Assembly: GCA_963771045.1 (NCBI GenBank)
Contig: CAVYRW010000004.1
Span: 128,001 to 192,000, forward strand
Direction: 5' to 3'
Source: Waddliaceae bacterium
GTDB taxonomy: Bacteria; Chlamydiota; Chlamydiia; Chlamydiales; SLFE01
Length of the DNA stretch: 64,000 nt
Shown here one piece after another: positions 29,903 through 40,935 of the stretch (positions within the stretch are counted from its first letter, which is position 1; each line of letters begins with the position of its first letter). The notes below the pieces were generated by a model. That model worked only from the letters and a program-made list of their open reading frames with translations, was not told the origin of the DNA and ran no database searches. The translations under genes and the position numbers were made by a program.

Positions 29903-31138
29903 ATGAAACTTTGGGTTAAGATTATTATCGCCATGTTTGCCGGAATGGTAGTCGGCTGGGGGATTGGTCCCCGAGCTGAAATGCTGTATCCTATCGGCGA
30001 GGTGTTTCTCAAGCTCATCAGCATGATTATCGTTCCTCTGGTTTTAGCCTCGATGACTGTCGGCATCACCAGCATTCACGATCCGAAAAAGCTCGGACGC
30101 GTCGGACTGAAAACGTTGGGATTTTATTTGATCACAACCATCATCAGCATAGCTTTGGGACTTTCTTTTGCCTATCTCTTCAACGTCGGGACCGGGATTG
30201 AAATTTCCACTCAGCAGCCCGTGGCACAAGTTGAGCCCATGGGCCTTGGGCAGATTTTTTCCAATCTTATCCCTACCAATCCGTTTGCCTCGCTTATTTC
30301 CAACCATCACATTCTGCAGGTGATCATTTTTGCGATTTTTTTGGGGATTGCGATCAATTTTGCAGGAGAAAAGGGAAGGCCTCTTTTGGACATTATGGAA
30401 GCGACATCGGAAGTTATGTACTCGCTTACCTCCATCGTCATGGAACTCTCTCCCATAGGAGTATTTGCGATTATGGCCTGGGTGGCGGGCCGTTTTGACA
30501 AGGAAGTCCTCTTTTCGCTCGCCAAATTTTTAACGGTTTATTATGCCGCCTGCTTCATTCAGCTGTTCATCGTTTTCGGGGGCATGCTTGTTTTTGTGGC
30601 CAAGCTGAATCCCCGTCCTTTTTTCAAAGGGATGTGGGATGCGATGACTGTGGCGTTTGGGACATGCAGCAGTTCCGCAACCCTGCCGGTTTCCATGCAA
30701 TGCGTCCAGGAGCATTTGGGCGTGTCGAAAAATATTTCCAGTTTTGTACTTCCTCTCGGCTCCACGATCAATATGGCCGGAGCGGCTATCTTTCAGGGAA
30801 TGGCTGCCATTTTCATTTCCAATGCTTACGGCATCCACCTCGATTTCATGACAATCATCACAGTGGTCATCACGGCCGTGCTTTCCGCAGTCGGCGCCGC
30901 GGGCATCCCCGGTTCGGGGATTTTGATGCTCTCTGCTGTTTTGGCCTCTGCGGGCCTTCCGCTTGAAGGGGTTGGCGTTCTTTTTGGCATCGACCGTGTT
31001 CGCGAAATGATCTCAGCAGTCGTCAACAGCATGGGCGACGCTGTGGTTGCTGTCACCATCGCCAAACAGGAAGGCGAGCTTGACGAACTTCAGTACTACG
31101 AAGCCAAGCTTGTCGAACTTGAAGAGTCTGAAGCTTAG
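29903..31138 (+). CDS. Dicarboxylate/amino acid:cation symporter (GltP-like), copy 2
   Basis: TCSSSATLP, PLGSTINMAGAA, GAAGIPG, IDRVREM. Confidence 0.93.
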   Translation: MKLWVKIIIAMFAGMVVGWGIGPRAEMLYPIGEVFLKLISMIIVPLVLASMTVGITSIHDPKKLGRVGLKTLGFYLITTIISIALGLSFAYLFNVGTGIEISTQQPVAQVEPMGLGQIFSNLIPTNPFASLISNHHILQVIIFAIFLGIAINFAGEKGRPLLDIMEATSEVMYSLTSIVMELSPIGVFAIMAWVAGRFDKEVLFSLAKFLTVYYAACFIQLFIVFGGMLVFVAKLNPRPFFKGMWDAMTVAFGTCSSSATLPVSMQCVQEHLGVSKNISSFVLPLGSTINMAGAAIFQGMAAIFISNAYGIHLDFMTIITVVITAVLSAVGAAGIPGSGILMLSAVLASAGLPLEGVGVLFGIDRVREMISAVVNSMGDAVVAVTIAKQEGELDELQYYEAKLVELEESEA

Positions 31139-31165
31139 CCGGTTAAATTTGAAGATTTTTGTTTT

Positions 31166-31666
31166 TTATGACTGCTTAAAATGATCTGAACCTCTGTAAA
31201 TCGGTTGTTCAATAAAATTCACCTGCAATTCTTCCGAGTATTCTTCCCGCATGAATGTGACCCTCACGTGGTCATTTTCAAGGATTTTTTTGTCGACATT
31301 TTGATTGATCAAGTATTGACGAAGCAGATGTTCTTCTTGCTTGGTATTTGAAATGATGCGTGGAATACATGTCAGCAGGCGAACTGGGAAGGTCAAAACA
31401 TCCAAAGGCAGCGCGGCTAAAACGGCGAAAATTTTGTCTACAATGTTTTGCACTTTGACCGCATGATTAATGGTTGTTGGGAGAAAGAAATCTTTTGAAA
31501 AATTCTTTAGGTTGTTTGTACGCACAGGGATGACAGTTGCAGCAACAATTGAAGCCGTTCGGTGTCCTGCGCCCCAGTTCTTTACCTTGTTGAACTCCTG
31601 CTCTGTCAGATTGCTTTCCCAAACTAAGCTGTTTTCTATATTTTGTACTTTTATGTAATATGCCAT
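31166..31666 (-). CDS. Hypothetical protein
   Basis: 166-aa ORF with an RBS-like AGGTGG and an AT-rich upstream region. Confidence 0.6.
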   Translation of the reverse strand: MAYYIKVQNIENSLVWESNLTEQEFNKVKNWGAGHRTASIVAATVIPVRTNNLKNFSKDFFLPTTINHAVKVQNIVDKIFAVLAALPLDVLTFPVRLLTCIPRIISNTKQEEHLLRQYLINQNVDKKILENDHVRVTFMREEYSEELQVNFIEQPIYRGSDHFKQS

Positions 31667-31928
31667 ACTATACCACCTACATTTATAAAAAAATATTATA
31701 TACTAAATAGATATTTGTTGTAAATAATATTTTTTTTTAATTTTAGGGCCAGCTCAATGGACAACTTCTCATAACGTAACGAAAATAGAGCAGTTCCCGC
31801 TGGGATTTTTTAAGAGCCCTTAGCTTCGTTTTTCGGGAACGTAGACCGCCGAATACTTATGGAAATTCTTGACTCATTAATTTTAAAAAACTAATATTTA
31901 TGTTTAATCTGAAACCAAGGAAGTCTTT

Positions 31929-32105
31929 ATGAAGGAAATAAGCCTGACCATTCTAGCATCAGTAATCACTTTTTCAGTATGCGCAGAAAGATCTCCGGGA
32001 GTGTCAAAGTCCGATGATAAAGAATTGCCTCATCTCGTGTCTTATGTCGGTGTCAACCCCTTGCAAGCAGCGTCAGGAACCGAAAGGTTGACAAAAGCCG
32101 ATTAA
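31929..32105 (+). CDS. Small ORF (58 aa) with signal-peptide-like N-terminus
   Basis: MKEISLTILASVITFSVCA...; AAGGAAG upstream; below the ORF-track cutoff. Confidence 0.4.
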   Translation: MKEISLTILASVITFSVCAERSPGVSKSDDKELPHLVSYVGVNPLQAASGTERLTKAD

Positions 32106-33535
32106 TATTCGCCTTGAGAATAGGCGGGTTTGCCGTTGTATTTATGCAAATGAATCGTTTGCGTGAAGTCGACGCTTGAGTCTGCAAGCCTCTTTTGCAG
32201 ATCGATGATTTGATCGTGGGTAGCTGTGTTGCCTTTTGCTTTGAATCTGCAGCGCCAGTGGTCGACAGTGAGTGTTTCCGGCATGGGATCGGGCCACATT
32301 TTCGCTCCCCGGTTGGTGATTAGGGTTAAGTTGAAGTCTTTCCCGGCCAGCATTTCCATCAGTCTTTGCAAATCGGCAACTGATTGATCCCACTTGATGT
32401 ATATATCGACACCTACAAGCTCTTTATTGACATGCGGAGTCTCCAGAAGAGGTTTGGGTTTTACGGGTTTTTGCGGTTTTGCGGGTTTTAACGTTTCGGG
32501 TTTCCGGCCAAGACGTTTGATGACGGCATCGCCAAATTCTTTGGTTCCGACTTTTTCCGTGCTCTTTTCCTCATTATAGATGTCATAGGTGTGGATGCCG
32601 TCTTCCAGGGTTTTGAGCCAGGCGTTTTGGATGAGGGAGGCTGCCTCCCCTTGTTTTAAGTGATTGAGCATCATAATGGCGGCGAGAATAATTCCCGACG
32701 GATTGGCTAGATTTTGCCCTGCTCTTCTAGGGGCGGATCCGTGAATGGCCTCGAACATGGCTTGCGAGAGGCCGATGTTGGCCGATCCCGCGAGGCCGAC
32801 CGATCCGGCGATTTGCGCGGCGACGTCGGAGAGGATGTCTCCGTAGAGGTTCGGCATCACGACAACGTCGAAATTTTCGGGTGTATCGGCCAGTTTTGCC
32901 GCTCCGATATCGATGATCCAATGCTCGTTTTCTATGTTGGGGTAATCTTTTGCGATTTCTTCAAATATATTGTGAAAAAGGCCGTCGCTGATTTTTAAAA
33001 TATTGTCTTTTGTAAAGCAGGTCACCTTCTGCCTGCCGTTGGCATCGGCATATTCAAAAGCATAGCGGATAATCCTTTCAGAGCCGCTTCGGGTGATGAG
33101 CTTGATCGCTTCTGTGGAGTCCGGAGTATTCTGATATTCGATGCCTGTGTAAAGATCCTCTTCATTTTCCCGAATCACGACGATATTCATGTCAGGGTGT
33201 TTATTTTCTATAATGGGGTAGTAGGAAACACACGGGCGTACATTGGCATAGAGGCTGAAAGCTCCTCTGATTGTCACATTCAGGCTTTCAAATCCTCCCC
33301 CTTGGGGGGTGGTGATGGGCGCTTTTAAAAATGCCTGGGTATTGCGCAGCACATCCCATGTTTCGGGCTCAATGCCCGTTTTGATGCCTCTCAGATAAAC
33401 TTCTTCGCCGATTTTCACTTCATGAATATCAAGATCGGCTCCGGATTCTTTTAAAATGTTTAGCGTCGCGTCCATAATTTCCGGACCGATGCCGTCCCCT
33501 CGAGCGACAGCGATACTTGCCTTATTTGATGCCAT
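32102..33535 (-). CDS. icd: NADP-dependent isocitrate dehydrogenase
   Basis: GDGIGPEIM, LKAPITTPQGGG, MPNLYGDILSD, FEAIHGSAP, long C-terminal extension. Confidence 0.95.
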   Translation of the reverse strand: MASNKASIAVARGDGIGPEIMDATLNILKESGADLDIHEVKIGEEVYLRGIKTGIEPETWDVLRNTQAFLKAPITTPQGGGFESLNVTIRGAFSLYANVRPCVSYYPIIENKHPDMNIVVIRENEEDLYTGIEYQNTPDSTEAIKLITRSGSERIIRYAFEYADANGRQKVTCFTKDNILKISDGLFHNIFEEIAKDYPNIENEHWIIDIGAAKLADTPENFDVVVMPNLYGDILSDVAAQIAGSVGLAGSANIGLSQAMFEAIHGSAPRRAGQNLANPSGIILAAIMMLNHLKQGEAASLIQNAWLKTLEDGIHTYDIYNEEKSTEKVGTKEFGDAVIKRLGRKPETLKPAKPQKPVKPKPLLETPHVNKELVGVDIYIKWDQSVADLQRLMEMLAGKDFNLTLITNRGAKMWPDPMPETLTVDHWRCRFKAKGNTATHDQIIDLQKRLADSSVDFTQTIHLHKYNGKPAYSQGEY

Positions 33536-33624
33536 AATTACCGACCTTGTGTATAATTCGCTTTAATTAAGGACTATCGTGCATTAAAGCAGCGATTTTT
33601 AGCAACCTGCACCGGAGCCTGGCG

Positions 33625-34581
33625 ATGTTAAAAGACCTTTTTCGAGAGCAGAAAGACGAAATTAACTATTTCTTTGAGCATGTTGATCTTGCGGCAGCAG
33701 AAGATCTTTTGAGCATGTTTTACAATTGCAGGGGGGTGATTTTTTTTACCGGTGTCGGCAAAAGCGGGTTTATCGCTCAAAAAATCGCCACGACGATGAC
33801 ATCTGTCAACGTCAAGTCGCTTTTTCTTTCTTCGGTCGATGCCCTGCATGGAGATATTGGGATCTTATCAAAAGACGATATTTTTGTTTTGCTCAGCCGA
33901 AGCGGCGAGAGCGATGAGCTTTTGCAGCTGGTTCCGTTTTTAAGAAACAAGGGGGTACGGCTTGCGGCTCTTGTCTGCGAGAAAAACAGCCGTCTTGGAA
34001 AAGCGTGCGATTTTGAAATGTTTCTGCCGATACAACAAGAAATTTGTCCTTTCGGCCTTATGCCGACAACCTCTTCGGCAGTACAAATGATTTTTTGCGA
34101 CATTCTCGCCACTGAACTTATGATTAAAAAACAATTAAAGATCGATGATTACCGATTGAATCATCCGGCGGGCCGCATCGGAAAAAGAATGACGCTTAAG
34201 GTCAAAGACCTCATGCTGACCGGGGACAGGATTCCCACATGCTCGCCGAATAATAAAATTATGGATACGCTCGTGAGTTTATCGAGCAGACAGTGCGGCT
34301 GCGTAATCGTTGTAGATGATGACGGAAAAATGCTCGGGATCTTTACCGATGGAGATCTAAGAAGAACTTTGCAGGACCTAGGGTCGGAAGCTTTGCAGCA
34401 GACGATACGGGAAGTTATGACAGAGCCTGCCAGGTGGACAACGGCCGACCGGCTTGTCTTCGATGCGATGAAACAAATGGAAGAAGACCAGAAGCATCCC
34501 ATTACGGTTCTTCCTGTACTCGAGGATAAAAAGCTTGTCGGTGTGATTAAGATTCACGATATCCTTCAATCAGGGGTTTAA
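33625..34581 (+). CDS. kdsD: Arabinose-5-phosphate isomerase (KpsF/GutQ family)
   Basis: TGVGKSG, HGDIG, PTTSS, HPAGRIG, two CBS domains. Confidence 0.93.
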   Translation: MLKDLFREQKDEINYFFEHVDLAAAEDLLSMFYNCRGVIFFTGVGKSGFIAQKIATTMTSVNVKSLFLSSVDALHGDIGILSKDDIFVLLSRSGESDELLQLVPFLRNKGVRLAALVCEKNSRLGKACDFEMFLPIQQEICPFGLMPTTSSAVQMIFCDILATELMIKKQLKIDDYRLNHPAGRIGKRMTLKVKDLMLTGDRIPTCSPNNKIMDTLVSLSSRQCGCVIVVDDDGKMLGIFTDGDLRRTLQDLGSEALQQTIREVMTEPARWTTADRLVFDAMKQMEEDQKHPITVLPVLEDKKLVGVIKIHDILQSGV

Positions 34582-34582
34582 T

Positions 34583-35695
34583 ATGATAATAGGTATGCCA
34601 AAAGAAGTAAAAGAGCTGGAATTTCGAGTCGGGCTGACACCCGCTTGCGTCGCAATATTGACAAGCGACGGCCATGAAGTCCTCTGCCAATCGGGAGCCG
34701 GAGAGCCCATTGGATTTACAGACGATCATTATCGCAAAGCGGGAGCGAAAATTGTCGCCACTCCCGAAGAAGTTTACCGGGCAGACATGGTCATCAAAGT
34801 GAAAGAGCCGATTGAAAGCGAATATCCCCTGATTAGGGAAGGGCAGATTTTGTTTTGCTATCTCCATCTGGCTCCTAATTTAGCTTTGACGGAGAAACTT
34901 GTTGAAAGCGGATGTGTCGCCATCGCCTATGAAACTGTGACCGACAAGCAAGGACGCCTTCCCCTCCTTGTACCCATGAGCGAAATCGCCGGACGGGTCG
35001 GCGTGCAGGAGGGAGCCCATGCTCTTCAGATGATCGGCGGGGGCAAAGGGGTGCTTCTCGGGGGAGCGCCCGGAGTCCTTCCTGGCAAAGTTGTTGTGAT
35101 TGGAGGGGGTGCGGCCGGTACTGAAGCCGCGCGGATCGCCATTGGAATGGGCGCCGACGCCACTATCCTCGACAACAACCTCGCCCGTCTTAAAGAGCTC
35201 GAGCTGAGCTACTCTCCCATGCTCAAAACCCTGTATTCCAATCCTGTTTCGGTCGCCGACTCAATCGCCGAGGCCGATCTTGTGATCGGAGCGGTGCTGA
35301 TTCCCGGAAAGACGGCTCCCAAACTGATCACCAAGGAGATGCTGAAGCGGATGGATCCGGGGTCGGTTATTGTCGATATCGCCATTGATCAGGGCGGATG
35401 CGCCGAGACATCCCGGCCGACGACCCATACCCGGCCGACTTACATTGAGGAAGGCGTGGTCCATTACTGCGTGACCAATATGCCCGCAGCCTGTTCGAGG
35501 ACATCATCCTTGGCTCTGACAAATGCCACCCTCAAATATGCCCGCGATTTAGCTAAATTCGGCTATAGAAAAGCCCTCAAATCGGATCCCGGTTTAAGAA
35601 ACGGACTCAATGTTTGCAAAGGACATGTCACCAATGAACATGTTGCAGGCGATTTGGGCTTCGACTTCAAACCCCCAATAGAGGCTTTGACATGA
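34583..35695 (+). CDS. ald: Alanine dehydrogenase
   Basis: IGMPKEVK..E.RV, KVKEP, YLHLA, PMSEIAGR, DIAIDQGG, YCVTNMP. Confidence 0.97.
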   Translation: MIIGMPKEVKELEFRVGLTPACVAILTSDGHEVLCQSGAGEPIGFTDDHYRKAGAKIVATPEEVYRADMVIKVKEPIESEYPLIREGQILFCYLHLAPNLALTEKLVESGCVAIAYETVTDKQGRLPLLVPMSEIAGRVGVQEGAHALQMIGGGKGVLLGGAPGVLPGKVVVIGGGAAGTEAARIAIGMGADATILDNNLARLKELELSYSPMLKTLYSNPVSVADSIAEADLVIGAVLIPGKTAPKLITKEMLKRMDPGSVIVDIAIDQGGCAETSRPTTHTRPTYIEEGVVHYCVTNMPAACSRTSSLALTNATLKYARDLAKFGYRKALKSDPGLRNGLNVCKGHVTNEHVAGDLGFDFKPPIEALT

Positions 35696-36447
35696 TTTTA
35701 GGCAGGGCAACGCAATATTTGCAAACCTACTCGCCGGATATCTTGTATCCTGTTCCCCGCTCCCTTCAGCGCGAGAATCTCAGAGTCATTGCCCCGGGCG
35801 GCTTTGATTTGTGGAGAGGGTGGGAGCTGTCGTGGCTGGATCCCAAAGGAAAGCCCGCCATACGTCTGCCGAGTTTTATTTTCCCCTCGAAACGCCGAAT
35901 ATTGTGGAATCAAAATCATTCAAATTTTATTTGAATTCTTTTAATCAGACCACTTTTGAAACTCCCGAAATTGTCCGCAAGACAATGGAAAGGGACCTTT
36001 CCCGCTCTGCCCGGAGGGCCTGTGGAAATTAAATTTTTTCCCCCAGAAGGGCCTCAGCCGTCTCTTCCTTTTAAGTTGCCTGGAATCTGCCTCGATAGCC
36101 TCGATATCGAGATAGATGCATACAACATTGATTCCGGTTTGCTCAAGACAACCCCTGAATTGGGAGAAGAAACCCTCTATAGCCATTTATTAAAATCCAA
36201 TTGCCTGGCGACCGGCCAGCCTGACTGGGGAATCTTTTTTATCCGCTACAGAGGACTTAAAATTGACCATGCATCTCTTCTCAAGTACATCGTCTCTTAC
36301 AGAAATCATTCGGGGTTTGCCGAACATTGCGTCGAGAGGATGTACAGCGACATAATGGCTAAATGCCGCCCGGAAAGGCTCTTTCTGTCAACCGCATACA
36401 CAAGGCGCGGCGGCCTTGACATCAACCCCGTTCGATCCAGTTGCTGA
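35692..36447 (+). CDS. queF: 7-cyano-7-deazaguanine reductase (long form) with two apparent frameshifts
   Basis: [39 protein letters not shown] and [10 protein letters not shown] spread over three frames. Confidence 0.92.
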
Positions 36448-36522
36448 TTTTAATGAAAGTTCCCTTAGATCATAAGGAAAGTGTTGTCCCTCTGTAGCAA
36501 CCAACTTAATGTTAATTATTTA

Positions 36523-36616
36523 TTTACCACGGAGCTCTCAGAGAGAGGTTTCTGTTTTATAATTTGTTTTAAAACCCAAATCATCCTCTGTGATTTCTGG
36601 GGGCTCCGTAGTGAAA
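36523..36616. repeat. Free-standing hairpin resembling the repeats that flank the GxxExxY-carrying IS
   Basis: TTTACCACGGAGCTCTCAGAG pairs with TTCTGGGGGCTCCGTAGTGAA (several G-T pairs); CTCTGTG units nearby. Confidence 0.6.
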
Positions 36617-36681
36617 AATTCCGGCGGGAACTCTCTGTGAGGAATTCATATTCGTATTTGTGCTATAATATTGGAGTTGCT

Positions 36682-37146
36682 GTGAAACTTTGTATTTTCA
36701 GACTGGTGGGGGTTATGAGAGCTGTTTGTGCTGTGCGAAGGGGGGCCGAGATTGCCTCAAAACCTTTTGTATTCGGAGCAAAATTGGGGTATCGGGGGGT
36801 CAGCGGGTTTATTGAGCATTCGAGACCGCGAAATAAATGGGTTTGGGGGGCTTGCGTTGCGGCCGGAATCTGGGCCCATCGGATGACTGAGGTCTACGCG
36901 CCTAAATTTATTGCCGATATCATTGTAGCGCACACCGTCAGCAACTGGGGGTCGTTTTTGGGAACGATATATGGAGCGTATATCCTTGCTCCCGGGTTGA
37001 TTCCGTCAATCGTCCCTTTTGCGGCTTACGGCGCCGGGGTTTTGGGCGGGCTGGCGGCTGTGCTGGCCATCAACACCATTTGCCTGTTAATTTTAAGAAA
37101 ACCATCAAGAAAAAATGATGCTGCCAAAACGTTTAAAAGCTTATGA
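36682..37146 (+). CDS. Hypothetical membrane protein
   Basis: GGAG before GTG 36682 (alternative ATG 36715); hydrophobic C-terminal half; TGCTATAAT upstream. Confidence 0.55.
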   Translation: MKLCIFRLVGVMRAVCAVRRGAEIASKPFVFGAKLGYRGVSGFIEHSRPRNKWVWGACVAAGIWAHRMTEVYAPKFIADIIVAHTVSNWGSFLGTIYGAYILAPGLIPSIVPFAAYGAGVLGGLAAVLAINTICLLILRKPSRKNDAAKTFKSL

Positions 37147-40100
37147 GGAAAAGGCCAAGCTCCTTCTGGAAAAGGGGGCTGTGGGGGAAATCGAATTTTC
37201 CGAAGGGACCTATCAAATCCAGATTGCCGAAAAAGACGGAATGGAAGAAAGAGTGGACTTTTCTGCAATTGGATCCCCAGGGCCGGATTCTCGACTGTTT
37301 TTGCACTTGCGATGAGCAGGGCGAGGGACTGTCATGCGTTCATTTGGCCGCGGCTTATTTAAGAGTTTTCAATCAGGGCAAATATCCCCTTCACCTTCGT
37401 TTTACCCAATCTCTTGTGGAATATCCTTTGTCAAATTTTTGCCGAACGTTTAGGTGAATCGGCCATCGATATTAAAGGAACTGAAAAAGAACAGATTCGG
37501 TTTCGAGTCGCCGTCTGGAAAAGTGATCGTCGAGATAGAAGGATTGAACGCCCGGGGCAAGGAGTGGCTAAGAGGCATCATCGACGATTGGGAGCCCGCA
37601 ACAGAAGAAACATCGATCAAATTTTCCCACTTGTCTGCTGAAGAAATGGCTCTTTGGCATGAGGGAAGGCCCAGTAAACACCTTCAATACGAACTTTCTT
37701 TCTGGAGCGATATCGCCAAAAAAATGTTTCTTTTGCAGGATGAAAACAGCCCCTACTCTCTCAGGTTCCACTATAGCGAAAAAAAACTGCCCGATTGGAT
37801 TGAGGCCTCTTTTAAAGATTTTAAAATAGGATTTTATCTCTCGGAAGCAAACCTTCCCTTAGTCATTTCTGCACTTGCGGCTGTTGCCTCTCCTTTGAAA
37901 GTTTATGGGATCGAACAGGAAGAGACGGTTGAACTCCACTTTAACCGGGAAGAAGGGACAATGGATGTTCGCTTGAAGAAGCCCTCCCGGTCAAAAGTTG
38001 AGGTTCCCCAGGCAGAGGAAGGAATCGTAGTCGGCGACTGGCTTTTTGTTCCGGAAGACGGCTTTTACGCTTTGGCAAAAACGGGTTTGTTTTCGGAGTC
38101 AAAGCTTGGGAAAGAGCAGATTGAAGAGCTGCTTGCGCGGCACTTTCAGACAGTTCAATCGCATATTGTCGGAGAGAAAATATCCAAAGAATTCGTTCAG
38201 CCTTTTTATGAGCTGTTTTTCGATTCTTCCTACAATCTGCACATAAGGGCCTATATTTTCGAACCCGGAGATCTGGGAAGCCCTGAGGCGCACATATTCG
38301 GAGACTGGCTTTACCTACCCGCAAAAGGATTCATGCATTTTGAAGGGCTTCGTTTTTCGGATATTGAAACAGTTGTTCCCGCCGATAAAATCAACAATTT
38401 TATTTCCAAGAATCGTTATTGGCTGAATGAACAGCCGGGTTTTGAGACTCATCAGGTCAATATTGAGGCGCAGCTTGTTTATGAACTCGACGATGGAGAT
38501 TACCTGCACTTTTCGAGCCGGGCCGTCAGGGAAGAGGGACTTGAGGGAGAGGTGGATTTCGGACAATGGATTTATATCCCCGATGAGGGATTTTATCAGA
38601 AATCGACCGCTCAAATTGGACTTCCGGTGAGGCCCGGCGTGATGATCAAGCCCGGCCAGGTGCCTCTTTTTATCAAAGCAAACAGCGATGAACTGGCGAT
38701 GGTGCCGGGATTTTTTAGCCGGAAATGTCCGATAAAAACATCCGGTTTGTCGGCTCGGATCAATGAACTTGGCAATATTGTTATTGAATTGATTCATGAG
38801 AGGCATCCGGACTATAAAAATGTCGATCTGAAGTTTTTTGATGATTATGTGTTTGTTCCGCATGAGGGGTTTCACAAACTCCCCATCGATCCGAGAATTC
38901 CGGAACAGTATCATACATCTTTGGAAATGAATCCTGAAAGAGAAGCCTTGTTTCTGGCTTATGAGATCGATCAGTTGAAGCCTTTTATCGTCGACCTTGA
39001 CCCAAGGCTTGAAAAAGATATTGACCCGAAGTTGGTTTTTCAAAATCTTGCGGAAGAAGATGATGGCGTGTCTGTCAAAATGATTTACCGGACGCGCATC
39101 GGAGAGGCGGACGTCCGCCTGCTGCTTCAAGCTGTCTTGAGAAAAGAGCGTTTTGTCAAAACAGATGGAGGACTCTTCGATCTGAAGCAGGATCGTTTCG
39201 GCTGGCTCTATCAGGTTGGTAAAAAAGCTTTGGGAAGCGAGAGAAAAGGCTTAAGCCTGAAAACGATTGATTTGCTCAGGCTTTTGGCTTTCGAGAGTGT
39301 TGAAATTCCTCCTGGAAAAGGAAAAAAGGCGAAAGCCGTACGCAATCATCTGGAAAATCTGCTTGAGTTTAGAACTCCATCCAAGCCTTTGCCAGAAGGG
39401 TTTTACGCTCATCTTCGTCCTTACCAGCAAACGGGTCTTGAATGGCTTTGGTTTCTTTATCATCAACATTTGTCCGGCCTTCTTTGTGACGACATGGGCC
39501 TTGGAAAAACACTGCAGGCCATGGCTTTGATCGCTTCGGTAAAGAACATCAAAAAAACCAGGACTCATTTTCTGGTCTTATGTCCAACTTCGGTCATCTA
39601 CCACTGGCAGGATAAGTTTCGAGAGTTTCTTCCCGGATGCAAAGTCTTTACCTTTTACGGCGCCAAGAGAAGTCTGGAAGGATTTCGTGAAGAATATGAC
39701 GTTCTTCTTACCTCTTATGGCATTTGGAGACGGGAAAAGGAGCTTCTCAGTCAAATTAATTTTGAGATTGCCATTTTGGATGAAATTCAGATGGCAAAGA
39801 ATTACCGGAGCAAACTGCATGCCTCGCTGCTTTCTCTTAAGGCCCGCATGCGGGTGGGTTTGACCGGCACACCTATTGAAAATTATCTCAGGGAACTCAA
39901 GTCGATTTTCGATATTGTGCTGCCCACCTATATGCCGGGGGCTACCGATTTCCGTGAATTCTTTATCCTCCCCATTGAAAAAAATCAAGACGAGAAGAGG
40001 AGGCGGCTGCTTTCCCGTTTCATCCGTCCTTTTATCTTAAGAAGAAGAAAAGAGGACGTGTTAACCGATCTTCCCGAAAAGATTGAAGAAATTGCCTACT

Positions 40101-40855
40101 GCCCTCTATTGCCTCAGCAGCAGCAGCTTTACCGGGAAACACTGGAGCAGTCGCGCTCGGCTATTTTGCGGGAGATGGGCGAAGAGGGAAGCCGGGTTCC
40201 TTACCTGCATGTTTTTGCCCTTCTGGCCAGGCTGAAACAAATTTGCAACCATCCTGCCGTCTATTATCAAAATCCGGAAAACTATGAACAATATCAGTCC
40301 GGGAAGTGGGAGCGTTTTGTCGAGCTCATCGAAGAGGTGCTGGGCGGCGGTCAGAAAATGGTTGTTTTTTCCCAATACTTATTCCAGCTCGATATTATTG
40401 AGGACTTTCTGAAAGCAAAAGGGATTGGATTTGCCGGCATACGGGGTGCGACGGTAAAGCGGGGAGAGGAGGTCAAACGTTTTCAGGAAGACTCAAATTG
40501 CGCAGTGTTTGTCGCCTCGTTACAGGCAGCCGGGTTGGGCATAGATCTGACAGCGGCTTCGGTTGTGATTCATTACGACCGCTGGTGGAATGCCGCCAGG
40601 GAAAATCAAGCGACAGACCGGGTTCACCGTATCGGCCAGCTGCGGGGAGTGCAGGTTTTTAAATTTGTGACCCGCGGAACGTTTGAAGAAAAAATCCACA
40701 AAATGATTGTGAGGAAAGGGCGTTTGATGGAAGATGTCGTCGGTGTCGATGACCAGGAAATAATCAAAAGATTGAGCCGCGATGAGATTCTGGAATTACT
40801 CAAAGATGTTGAAATCGGCAAAGAAGATCAGATGGATGTGATTCGGGATGAGTAG
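37115..40855 (+). CDS. SWIM zinc-finger SNF2-family helicase; N-terminus split by apparent frameshifts
   Basis: SWIM CFCTC..CVHLAA; LRPYQ, LCDDMGLGKT, DEIQ, TGTPIEN, YDRWWN, DRVHRIGQ. Confidence 0.92.
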
Positions 40856-40935
40856 AAAAGTTTTGATCAAGGAGGGAATGGCTTTGGCTCTGGCAGACTG
40901 CTTTGCCTTAGCTTTGTAATTCTCTCAAAAAATAG

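Noticed and set aside
31755..31878. Weak inverted similarity at the ends of a GC-richer intergenic patch
   Set aside because: Too degenerate to call a MITE or RNA without a search.
35692..36447. Programmed frameshifting in queF (and in SNF2, SulP)
   Set aside because: The number and random placement of frameshifts across the window are better explained by sequencing error.
38315..39130. Long antisense ORFs (also 28249-29010, 44102-44743)
   Set aside because: They lie opposite well-supported conserved genes and have no recognisable motifs.
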